A stretch of DNA of 64,000 bases from Gemmataceae bacterium (GTDB lineage: Bacteria; Planctomycetota; Planctomycetia; Gemmatales; Gemmataceae), in the NCBI GenBank assembly GCA_035266225.1, contig DATFNV010000336.1:134-64133 (forward strand), given 5' to 3'. Numbering within the stretch: position 1 is the first letter of the stretch; every line of letters begins with the position of its first letter. Position numbers and translations under genes: made by a program. This document shows, piece by piece, positions 16,901 through 25,198 of the stretch. Below the pieces are notes generated by a model, which saw nothing but the letters and a program-made list of their open reading frames with translations, ran no database searches and had not been told where the DNA came from.

Positions 16901-19900
16901 ATGAGCAAGCCATTCGCGCCGAACCGCCTGGTGTGCTGTACCCTGCTGGCCGTGCTCGGCCTGGCGACGGCGGCGGCCCCGCCCGCCGCGGCCGACGAGG
17001 AGGTGCGCGCCGTCCTGATCACCCTGGAGAAGCCCGGCAAGCTCGCCGTGATCCCGGTCGAGCCGGACAAGCTCGCCGCCCTGTCCGCCCGCGGCGGCTT
17101 GCTGATCTGGGCCCACCCGGAGCAGCCGGAGCGCTGGCGGTTCGTCGCCGCGGGCTGGTCGATCCCCACCGCCGCCCCGGGGGCGGCAGCGGCGCCCGCG
17201 GCAGCGGCGGCCCCGACGCGCGGCCAGGGTGACGGCTCAAGCGGCGCGGCCGACAGTGGCCTGTTCCTCGTGCAGCTCGATCAACTCAGCCCGTCATTGA
17301 CGGCCCGCGACATCCCCAATTTCCTCACCCCCGCCAACGGCACCACACTGCTGAACACCCGCCCGGCGCTGCGCCGCCTGCCCCGCGAGGAGGGGCCGAA
17401 ATATCCGGAAGGCGTGGCCGTCATTTCCTCCAAGAACCTGGCGAAGGAACTGCGCGTCCCCTTCAAGGCCGGCGAGTCGGAGGTCGCCTTCGCCGACTTC
17501 CCGGGGCTGGCCTCGGAGTTGGCCGACGGCCTGCCGCCCGGCGCGTACACCCTGCGCCTGGAGGGAGGCGACCCGGGGCTGGCCACGTTCTTCATCGAGG
17601 ACGAGGCGAAGCGGCGGCAGGTGTTGCGGCCACTCGACGAACTGGCCGGGCTGACCGGCGGCCGCACAGGCACCCTCTACGCCCAGTTCGCCCTGGATCA
17701 CTTGTTGGCGCAGAAGCAAGACGGCCTGCCCCTGTACCTGAGCGACGCCTTCGACCTGCTGAACGGCCTCCCCGAGCGCTCGCTGACACCGCACCTGAAG
17801 ACCCAGCGCCAGATGCTGCTCCGCTGGCTGCGAACGGAGCCCAAGGACCGCGGCGGCGCGCTGTTCGCCGGCGAGGCCCCGGGGGACGCCACCGGCATCG
17901 AGCCGCTGGATAACGCCCGGCGGCTGATCGCCGCCGCGAAGTGGCGCGAGGCCCTCAAGGCCCTGGACGACGCGGACTTCAAGCAGCTCCAGGTCAAGGA
18001 CAAGAGGGCCCGCGGGCTGGCCAACCTCTACCGCGGCGTCATCTTCGCCGAGGCCGGGCAGGGGCAGGAGGAGCAGGCGCGAACCGCCTTCGAGGAGGCC
18101 ATTGCCGACCTCGAGGGGGGCGCGCCGGCCGACCTCTTCCGCGCCCACAACAACTTCGCCAACTTCCTCCAGCACCAGGCCCAGGATCGCCTCTCGAACC
18201 CCGCCTTGCAGATGGCCGCCGGGGTGAGCCAGATCTTCCTGGGCGCCGCCGCTGATTGGGAGGCGGCACGGCAGCATTACGAAATCGCCCTGGGCCTGGC
18301 GGACAAGCTCGGCGCCGGCGGACAGCGCGCGGCCGTGGAGGTGAACCTGGCCGGGCTCTACGCCCTGCTCGCCGACCTGGTCCGCACGCTGGACGCCCCG
18401 CAGGAGGGACGCCGCCAGTTCCTGGCCGGGGAACAGGCCGCGATCAAACAGGCCGAGACGTTGGCCGGACGGCTTGTCGAGGCGAAGCCGGAGGCCAAGG
18501 TCGAGCCGCTGGTCCGCTCCATGGCCGAGGAGATGCTCGCGCACCTGGCGTACCGCGCGGGGGACTTCGCTGCCTGCCGGACCCATGCGGAACGGGCCCG
18601 CGACGGCTATCTCGAGGCCGGCCACCTGGCCGGGGTGGAAAACGTCGAGCGCGTCCTGGGACTGACCTATTTGCGCCCCACCGGGTCCGACGCGGCGGTC
18701 CGGGCCGAGGCCCGACAGACGGCGCTGAAGCACCTCAAAACCGCGCTGCTGATCTCCGAGGCGCTGCGCGAGCGCTTCCCGCCGGACAGGACGGGCCGGA
18801 CCCGAGCCGGTTTCTTCGCCCGCAAGGCGTTCGTCAGCGAGAAGATCGTCGAGTTGCTGCTCGAGGACAGCAAGGACGCCGAGGCCCTGGGTTATGCGGA
18901 GCTAGCCAAGGCCCGGGCGCTGCAGGACCTGCTGGCGGTGGGCGGCACCAGCACCGCCGCGCGAGGAGAGCGGGGGCTGGCCGACCTGCTGGCCCACTGG
19001 CCCACCGAGGCCGCGGCCCTGGAATACTTCCTCGGCGCCGAAACGGCGTGGGTCTTCGTGGTCGCGCCCACCGGCAAGGTCAAGGCGTACCGGCTCACCG
19101 CTGGTGAGGGCCAGCCGATCACGCCCCGCGAGCTGGTGACCCGGGTGCAGCGCATCTTGCACAACACCGAGAACCAGGCGGAACGGATGGCGAACCGGCT
19201 CTTGGCCGGCCGCGGCCTCGACCACAGCTGGCAGGACGATTTGTACGAACTCAAAAACACCTTGCTGCCGGCCGACGCCCTGACGGAGCTTCGCCGGGCC
19301 AAGGTGGCGGTCGTGGTACCACAGCACGTCCTGCACTACTTCCCCTTCGCCGCCTTGGTCACCGAGCCGGATCGCAAGGCGGGTCCGAAGGACATGGTCA
19401 AGCCGCACTTCCTCATCGACGAGCCGTTCGACCTGGTGTACGCCCCGTCGCTGACGGCCTGGGGGCTGCTGCACCAGAAGGCGGCGGGGGTCATCCGCCG
19501 CGTTAACGCCGTCGGACTGGTGCAGGCGCCCGGGTCGCCGGAATTGCCCGGCGTCGCCGAGGACCTGAAGAACCTGAGCACGGTCTTCGCCGGCAAACTG
19601 GGCACGGTTTATGACGGCGACAAGGCCCTCGAAGCCAACGCCAAGAAGATGCTGGCGCAGCCCGGCCTGCTCTTCTTCGGCACGCACGGCTGGAACGACG
19701 CCGACCACCCCCTCGACAGCCACCTTATCCTGCTGCCCGACCCGGATCGAGAAGCCGCCAAGACGGAGGTATTGACGGGCGATTCGCAGGACGTCAACGA
19801 CGGCCGCCTGACCGCCCGCGAGATCTTCGCCCGGAGGGTCGGCGCCGACCTGACGGTGATGAGCTGCTGTTATTCCGGCCTGGGCGACCGCTCGCCGCTG

Positions 19901-20185
19901 CCGGGGGACGACCTGTTCGGCCTGCAGCGGGCCTTCCTGCAGGCCGGTTCGCGTACCGTCGTCTCAGGGCTCTGGGACGTCTACGACGGCACCGCCCCCG
20001 ACCTGATGCGCGGTTTCTTCGAGCGCCTGGCGGCGGGCACGCCGACCGCCTCCGCACTGGCGGCATCGCAGCGGGCGTTCCTGGAGAAGTACCGCGCCTC
20101 GGACAAGGTGGAGCCCTACGTCCACCCGTACTTCTGGGCCGTGTACACCTGCGCCGGCGACGAGCGGACGCGCTGCGTCCGGTGA
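16901..20185 (+). CDS. secreted TPR-repeat CHAT-domain protein (caspase-like peptidase fold)
   Basis: 1094 aa. Signal-like N-terminus LLAVLGLATAAAPPAAA, helical repeat middle, and C-terminal CHAT motifs VVVPQHVLHYFPFAAL, LLFFGTHGW (His) and TVMSCCYSGLG (Cys). Confidence 0.85.
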   Translation: MSKPFAPNRLVCCTLLAVLGLATAAAPPAAADEEVRAVLITLEKPGKLAVIPVEPDKLAALSARGGLLIWAHPEQPERWRFVAAGWSIPTAAPGAAAAPAAAAAPTRGQGDGSSGAADSGLFLVQLDQLSPSLTARDIPNFLTPANGTTLLNTRPALRRLPREEGPKYPEGVAVISSKNLAKELRVPFKAGESEVAFADFPGLASELADGLPPGAYTLRLEGGDPGLATFFIEDEAKRRQVLRPLDELAGLTGGRTGTLYAQFALDHLLAQKQDGLPLYLSDAFDLLNGLPERSLTPHLKTQRQMLLRWLRTEPKDRGGALFAGEAPGDATGIEPLDNARRLIAAAKWREALKALDDADFKQLQVKDKRARGLANLYRGVIFAEAGQGQEEQARTAFEEAIADLEGGAPADLFRAHNNFANFLQHQAQDRLSNPALQMAAGVSQIFLGAAADWEAARQHYEIALGLADKLGAGGQRAAVEVNLAGLYALLADLVRTLDAPQEGRRQFLAGEQAAIKQAETLAGRLVEAKPEAKVEPLVRSMAEEMLAHLAYRAGDFAACRTHAERARDGYLEAGHLAGVENVERVLGLTYLRPTGSDAAVRAEARQTALKHLKTALLISEALRERFPPDRTGRTRAGFFARKAFVSEKIVELLLEDSKDAEALGYAELAKARALQDLLAVGGTSTAARGERGLADLLAHWPTEAAALEYFLGAETAWVFVVAPTGKVKAYRLTAGEGQPITPRELVTRVQRILHNTENQAERMANRLLAGRGLDHSWQDDLYELKNTLLPADALTELRRAKVAVVVPQHVLHYFPFAALVTEPDRKAGPKDMVKPHFLIDEPFDLVYAPSLTAWGLLHQKAAGVIRRVNAVGLVQAPGSPELPGVAEDLKNLSTVFAGKLGTVYDGDKALEANAKKMLAQPGLLFFGTHGWNDADHPLDSHLILLPDPDREAAKTEVLTGDSQDVNDGRLTAREIFARRVGADLTVMSCCYSGLGDRSPLPGDDLFGLQRAFLQAGSRTVVSGLWDVYDGTAPDLMRGFFERLAAGTPTASALAASQRAFLEKYRASDKVEPYVHPYFWAVYTCAGDERTRCVR

Positions 20186-20216
20186 GGTCTCGTCCATGCC
20201 GCTTCCGGCTTGTCAA

Positions 20217-20308
20217 CCGTAACAACACTGTCTTCGCCGCTTGCGGCTTCGCAGGAAAGAGTGCGAAGCCGCAAGCGGCGAAGACAGTGTTGTTACGGAT
20301 TCTAAACG
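20217..20308. repeat. palindromic element with perfect 37-bp arms around GCCGCTTGCGGCTTCGCA, plus a CTAAAC end
   Basis: CCGTAACAACACTGTCTTCGCCGCTTGCGGCTTCGCA-GGAAAGAG-reverse complement, followed by ATTCTAAACG. Lies between the convergent CHAT and cytochrome genes. Related to 22840-22935. Confidence 0.9.
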
Positions 20309-20333
20309 GATTCCAGGCTTCCGGAACAGACTC

Positions 20334-21686
20334 TTATAGCGTCTTCAGGTACTCGATCACCGCCATGCGATCCTCCTCGGTCAGCTTGTCGCCGAAGGTG
20401 TGGCCGCCGTTGCTGCGGCCCGGCTGCGTGGTGTCGTACATCTTGCGGCGCTCGATCCCCGGCAGTTTCGGGTCCGCCGGCCCGTCCAGCACCTTGACCT
20501 TCCAGCCGAGCTTCTCCTTGTCGTAGTCCTCTTCCTCGGTGCGGTAGGAGCGCGTGAAGACCTTCGGCCGCGCCTTCGAGGTGAGCACGTCGTGGACGGT
20601 CGGCGCCGAGCCGTTGTGGAAATACGGCGCCGTCGCCCAGATGCCGTCCAGCGGCGGCGCCTGGTAGCCTGCCGTCGTCGTCGCCTTGTAGCCGTCCTCG
20701 CCCTTCTCCTTGGCGAACCAGGTCTGGTTGTAGTAGTCGCCGACCTTCTTCGTGAGGCCCTCGTAGCGCTTCGGGTCGGTGCCGATGTCCTTGATCGGCA
20801 CGATGCGGTTGGGGTAAGTCCACTTTTCGCCGTAGGTGCCGTGGCAGCGCGAGCAGGTCGCCTCGAACACCTCTTGCCCCTTCTTCGCCAGGGGGGCGTT
20901 GACGGCGAACGGGTACTTCGGTGGCTCCAGGCTGAGGAGATACGCCTGGATGTCGCGGAAGGTCGCCTCCTCCTTCATGATCGTCGGCCCCGAATTGAGC
21001 GGGGTCAACATGAACTGCATCAGGGAGCGCACCGAGCGCGCGTCGCCGGTGCCGGTGTGGTACATGGTCTTCTTCTTCTTGAGCAGCCACCAGGCCGGCG
21101 CGTCCTCGCACAGGTCCTCGTGAATGTCCAGGTCGAGGCGGGGCGAGCGCAGCCGCAGGTCGGGCTCGCGGAGGCCGAGCAGGTAGACGGTGCCCGCGGC
21201 CGCCTCCGTGGTGCCGCGGACGTTGCTGAAGAGTATGGGCGACGTCTTCGGCATCCCCCCGGCCTGGGCCAGCTCTTCGTAGATCCCCTGGAAATCGAGG
21301 GAGCTGTTGCCCAGGCCGACGTAGCTCTTGCCGAGGATCGAGCCGCCGTGACAGAACATGCAGTCCATCGCCAACGCCTTGCCGAGCAGCCCCGGCGCCA
21401 GGCGCAGCCCCATCGGGTAGCCGTCGTTGGGGTACGGCGCGGGGTGCAGGCCGTAGCGATCCCGGAAGCGGGCGGCGTAGTCGGCGGGCGGCTCCTTGGC
21501 CGTGGGATCCCAGACCTTCCAGGCGTTCTCGTAGGCGGCCAGCGAGATCGTTGGCGGGGTGAAGTGGCGCCCCAGCAAGGCCTTGCGGCCGCGCTCCGCC
21601 GACGGCGAGTCGTCCGCGCACGGGCCGGCCGCGGGGAGGGCCGCCAGGGCCACGGCCGCCGTCAGCACCAACCGAAGACGAATCAT
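20334..21686 (-). CDS. di-haem cytochrome c (peroxidase/MauG-like or DUF1111-like oxidoreductase)
   Basis: 450 aa. Signal peptide MIRLRLVLTAAVALAALPAAG. Two CxxCH motifs (CMFCH, CSRCH). Also PLDGIWATAPYFHNGSAPT. Confidence 0.75.
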   Translation of the reverse strand: MIRLRLVLTAAVALAALPAAGPCADDSPSAERGRKALLGRHFTPPTISLAAYENAWKVWDPTAKEPPADYAARFRDRYGLHPAPYPNDGYPMGLRLAPGLLGKALAMDCMFCHGGSILGKSYVGLGNSSLDFQGIYEELAQAGGMPKTSPILFSNVRGTTEAAAGTVYLLGLREPDLRLRSPRLDLDIHEDLCEDAPAWWLLKKKKTMYHTGTGDARSVRSLMQFMLTPLNSGPTIMKEEATFRDIQAYLLSLEPPKYPFAVNAPLAKKGQEVFEATCSRCHGTYGEKWTYPNRIVPIKDIGTDPKRYEGLTKKVGDYYNQTWFAKEKGEDGYKATTTAGYQAPPLDGIWATAPYFHNGSAPTVHDVLTSKARPKVFTRSYRTEEEDYDKEKLGWKVKVLDGPADPKLPGIERRKMYDTTQPGRSNGGHTFGDKLTEEDRMAVIEYLKTL

Positions 21687-21890
21687 GACCCCGACCTCCT
21701 TCGTGTGCGTGCGAAGCCCTCTTTCATTGTACCAACCGCAAGCGCGGCGGTGTCAGTAACAGGCCCCGGCACCGGCACGGTTGCTTGCGTCGGGGGCGGA
21801 TCGACTCTAGGTTATATGTGCCCAGTTTCCCCTCACCCCCGGCCCCCCTTCCCCAGGGGCGAGGGGGGGGCACCTTTCGAGGGAGCGACC

Positions 21891-22829
21891 GTGACGATCC
21901 GCACCTTTCAGCCCGGCGACGACGCCGTCCAGGTCGCCATCTACAACGAGACAGCGGCCGGCCTGCCGAAGTTCAAGGCGGCGACGCTCGACGAAGTCCG
22001 CCGTCGGGTCCGCGCCGCCGACTTCGACCCCGGCACGCGCTTCTTCGCCGACGAGGGCGGCCCGCCGGTCGGCTACGCCACGTTCCACGCCAACGGCCGC
22101 GTCAGCTTCCCGTGGTGCCGCCCGGGACACGAGGCGCACGCCGAGGCGCTCTTCGAGGCGGTGTTGCAGGAGATGCGCCGCCGGGGTATCTCCGCCGCCT
22201 TCGCCGCCTACCGGGCCGACTGGCCGGCGCAGCGCGACTTCTTCCTCGGCCACGGCTTTCGGGCGGCGCGCGAGATGGTCAATTTCGTCCTCGACCTCAA
22301 CGACATGCCGACGCCCGGGTCACGGGCCGGCGCCGCGGTCGAGTCCCTGCGGCCCGAGGACGTGCCGTCGGTCTTCGCCCTCGGCGAGGGGGTGATCCGC
22401 TGTCGCACGCCGCAGGAACTGACGGCGCACCTGTTCCACAACCCCTACTTCGGTGGCGACAGCGCCGTCGTGCTGCGCGGGCGTGCCGGCCGTCCGCCCC
22501 TCGCGGCGGCCATCGTCGTCGCCGACGGCACCTACGCCGACCCGCGCGCGGTCGATGCCAACATGCCCTGTTTCCGCCTGGGGGCCTTCGGTACGGAGGG
22601 GACGCAGTGGAAGCGCCTCAACGGGGTGTTCAGCTTCGTGGCGCGCCCCGGCGGCGACCTGAACCCGCTCGGCCTGGAAATGCTGGCGCACGCGGCGTCG
22701 CGCCTGAGCGGGACCGCAGTGTGTACCCTGGCCGCGCAGGTGCCGTCGGACGCGCCGCACCTGCTGCTCTTCTACCAACAAATCTGGCGCCGGCAGGGCG
22801 CCTTTCCGGTCTATGAGCTGGCGCTGTAG
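21891..22829 (+). CDS. GNAT-family N-acetyltransferase (two-lobed, 312 aa)
   Basis: This is the tail of the 809-aa ORF. GTG 21891 is preceded by GAGGGAGCGACC; an alternative ATG lies at 21816. Sequence VTIRTFQPGDDAVQVAIYNE...GYATFHANG...LFEAVLQEMRRRGI...FFLGHGF. Confidence 0.7.
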   Translation: MTIRTFQPGDDAVQVAIYNETAAGLPKFKAATLDEVRRRVRAADFDPGTRFFADEGGPPVGYATFHANGRVSFPWCRPGHEAHAEALFEAVLQEMRRRGISAAFAAYRADWPAQRDFFLGHGFRAAREMVNFVLDLNDMPTPGSRAGAAVESLRPEDVPSVFALGEGVIRCRTPQELTAHLFHNPYFGGDSAVVLRGRAGRPPLAAAIVVADGTYADPRAVDANMPCFRLGAFGTEGTQWKRLNGVFSFVARPGGDLNPLGLEMLAHAASRLSGTAVCTLAAQVPSDAPHLLLFYQQIWRRQGAFPVYELAL

Positions 22830-22839
22830 AATGCCGATC

Positions 22840-23004
22840 GTTTAGAAACTGTAACAACAATGACTTCGCCGCTTGCGGCTTCGCAATCTTTGCTGCGAAG
22901 CCGCAAGCGGCAAGAGGGTTGTTGAGACGGTTCTTAGCGGCCGCCCACGATTGATCGTTTCGCGAAACGATCAATCCGCGCCGCCCCGAGGGCGGCGGCT
23001 AAAC
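22840..23004. repeat. composite of two abutting palindromic elements (GCCGCTTGCGGCTTCGCA type plus GTTTAGCGGCCGCC...GGCGGCGGCTAAAC type)
   Basis: Starts with GTTTAG and ends with CTAAAC. The inner 18-nt perfect palindrome ATCGTTTCGCGAAACGAT is at 22957-22974. Fills the whole GNAT-FIST intergenic space. Confidence 0.9.
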
Positions 23005-23020
23005 ACAAGAGGACTCTCCC

Positions 23021-24196
23021 ATGCCATTCGCCGCCGCCGTGTCCACGGAGTCCGCCACCTCCCGGGCGCTCGACGCCGTCTGCCCTCCGGCCCTCGAACA
23101 ACTCGGGGGCCGGCCCGACCTGGCCCTGCTCTTCTTTTCGCCGCACCACCTGGCCGCCGCCGAGTTGCTCGCGGCCTCGGCGCAGCAGCAACTCGGGGCG
23201 CGCTGCCTCGTCGGTTGCGTCGGCGAGTCAATCATCGGCAACGATCGCGAGGTCGAGGCCGCGCCCGCCCTCAGCGTGTGGTTGGCGCGCTGGCCGTCGG
23301 CCGTCGAGCTGACGCCGTTCCACCTCACCCTCGAAGAGACGTCGGAGGGGTATGGTCTGCTCGGCTGGCCCGACGCCCTGCAAGAAGCCGACCCGGCGCG
23401 CTCGGCGGTGCTGCTCCTGGGCGACCCCTACACCTTCCCGGCCGACGTCTTCCTCGAGGAGATGAACGAGTCGCATCGTGGCCTGCGCGTCATGGGCGGC
23501 ATGGCCAGCGGCACCCAGGCGCCGGGGCAGTGCCGGCTGGTCCTCGGCGACCGCGTCGTCCACCAGGGCGCCGTCGGCGTGCTGCTCCAGGGCGACCTCG
23601 GCCTGCGCTGCATCGTGTCGCAGGGGTGCAAGCCGGTCGGCCGGCACATGGTCGTCACCAAAGGGCACGACAACGTCATCGCCGAACTGGGGGGCAAGCC
23701 GGCGCTGCGGCAGCTGCAGGAGCTGTTGCCGCAGCTGTCCTCGCGCGACCAGCAGGTGATGCGCCGCGGCGGGCTGCACGTCGGCCGGGTCATCAACGAG
23801 TACCAGGGCGACTTCCAGCGCGGCGACTTCCTCATCCGCAACGTGCTCGGCTTCGACCAGGAGAGCGGGGCGCTGGCGATCACCGACCGGGTGCGCGTCG
23901 GCCAGACGGTGCAATTCCACGTCCGCGACGCTGAGACGGCGGACGAGGACCTGCGCGACCTGCTGCGCCTGGACCTGGTCGCCCACGAGAAGCGGCCGGC
24001 CGGGGCATTGCTGTTCAGTTGCAACGGCCGCGGCACGCGCCTCTTCCCGGTGCCGAACCACGACGCCGGTGCCGTCCGCGGCGAGGCGGGCGAGCTGCCG
24101 CTGGCCGGCTTCTTCGCGCAGGGCGAACTCGGCCCGGTCGGCGGGCAGAACTTCATCCACGGGTTCACCGCCAGCGTGGCACTCTTCGAGGAATAA
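23021..24196 (+). CDS. FIST-domain (FIST_N + FIST_C) sensory protein
   Basis: 391 aa. Motifs PDLALLFFSPHH, VGCVGESIIG, RVMGGMASG and ALLFSCNGRG...LAGFFAQGELGP are typical FIST architecture. Confidence 0.8.
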   Translation: MPFAAAVSTESATSRALDAVCPPALEQLGGRPDLALLFFSPHHLAAAELLAASAQQQLGARCLVGCVGESIIGNDREVEAAPALSVWLARWPSAVELTPFHLTLEETSEGYGLLGWPDALQEADPARSAVLLLGDPYTFPADVFLEEMNESHRGLRVMGGMASGTQAPGQCRLVLGDRVVHQGAVGVLLQGDLGLRCIVSQGCKPVGRHMVVTKGHDNVIAELGGKPALRQLQELLPQLSSRDQQVMRRGGLHVGRVINEYQGDFQRGDFLIRNVLGFDQESGALAITDRVRVGQTVQFHVRDAETADEDLRDLLRLDLVAHEKRPAGALLFSCNGRGTRLFPVPNHDAGAVRGEAGELPLAGFFAQGELGPVGGQNFIHGFTASVALFEE

Positions 24197-24211
24197 GGGC
24201 GAGATTAAGAG

Positions 24212-24284
24212 TCTGTTGCGCAAGCCGCTTGCGGCTTAGCGGATTCCAGGCTTCCGCTAAGCCGCAAGCGGCTTGTGCAACAGA
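24212..24284. repeat. palindromic element TCTGTTGCGCAAGCCGCTTGCGGCTTAGCGGA-loop-reverse complement
   Basis: 32-bp arms with 1 mismatch. The loop region GGATTCCAGGCTTCC also occurs at 20308-20322. Lies between convergent genes. Confidence 0.9.
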
Positions 24285-24357
24285 GTTGCCGCCGGGGACA
24301 CTGCACTCCACCACCGAATCCGAGCGACTTTGTCCGTCTCCCGGCGATTCCTTCGGG

Positions 24358-24903
24358 TCACGCCGCCTTCGTCACCCCCATCTTGCGTGCCTCCCCCATC
24401 GCTTCCCTGATCCGCGCAAACGGCTCCGCAGGATCGACCATCCCATCCACGCTGTCCAGCATCTCCCGCACCATCGTCACGTCTGCCGCGAAGCGCGGGT
24501 GACACAGGACGGCACCGCGCCCGTTCCTGGCCGGGGACACGCATAGGCCCGCCGCGCTCATCGTCACCACGGCGGGATCCTCGGCCGGCGCCAACCACAC
24601 CACCGGCGATTCCACCCGCAACCGCAGGTCGAGAGCCGACGCGCAATCCGTCAGGATTAGCCCCGCCGCTACGGACGTTTTCTCCACCAGGGTCTTGCCG
24701 ATCAGGTCGGCGCAGATGTACGGCTCCAGGGTACCGCCATAGAGGATCTGCTGCACGCGGTTGGGCTGCACCGCCGTGCTAAGGCGGAACTCCAGGGGGC
24801 GGCCCCACGGGTTCGTCACCAGGTAGCCCCCCGCGTAACCGGTCGGGTCGTGAACGATCCTTAGAAATCCCAGGTTCAGCGTTGACGGCGCAGTCGAGGC
24901 CAC
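24358..24903 (-). CDS. hypothetical 181-aa protein
   Basis: Clean ORF with non-artefactual composition: MASTAPSTLNLGFLRIVHDPTGYAGGYLVTNPWGRPLEFRLSTAVQPNRVQQILYGGTLEPYICADLIGKTLVEK... I cannot name a family. Confidence 0.6.
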   Translation of the reverse strand: MASTAPSTLNLGFLRIVHDPTGYAGGYLVTNPWGRPLEFRLSTAVQPNRVQQILYGGTLEPYICADLIGKTLVEKTSVAAGLILTDCASALDLRLRVESPVVWLAPAEDPAVVTMSAAGLCVSPARNGRGAVLCHPRFAADVTMVREMLDSVDGMVDPAEPFARIREAMGEARKMGVTKAA

Positions 24904-25198
24904 GGCTCGGTCCTCTCAGGGTCGTTGTCATCACACGGCACTTATTCCCTTCGGGCGGCGGACGGAGGCGACTTGAATCCCGGCACTTGCGCGAGGCACC
25001 GGCCTTCGCACCGCCCGCAACCCTTGCCCAGGTGCAATAGCTCACCTGAAGCCCCAAAGTGGGCCGATAAACGGGAGAGAGAGCGCAAGCGCCTCTGGAT
25101 TTTCCGCCCCGGCCTGCTAGAGTTATGTAGACTGATCGGGTTAGTGATAATTCCGAATCTTGCCTTGCCGGGTGGCGTCACCCGAGGATTGATCGACC

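Noticed and set aside
20400-21890. N-terminal 497 codons of the 809-aa plus-strand ORF.
   Set aside because: This part is antisense to the di-haem cytochrome gene. Only the last roughly 312 codons (GNAT) have protein-like sequence and a Shine-Dalgarno-preceded start.
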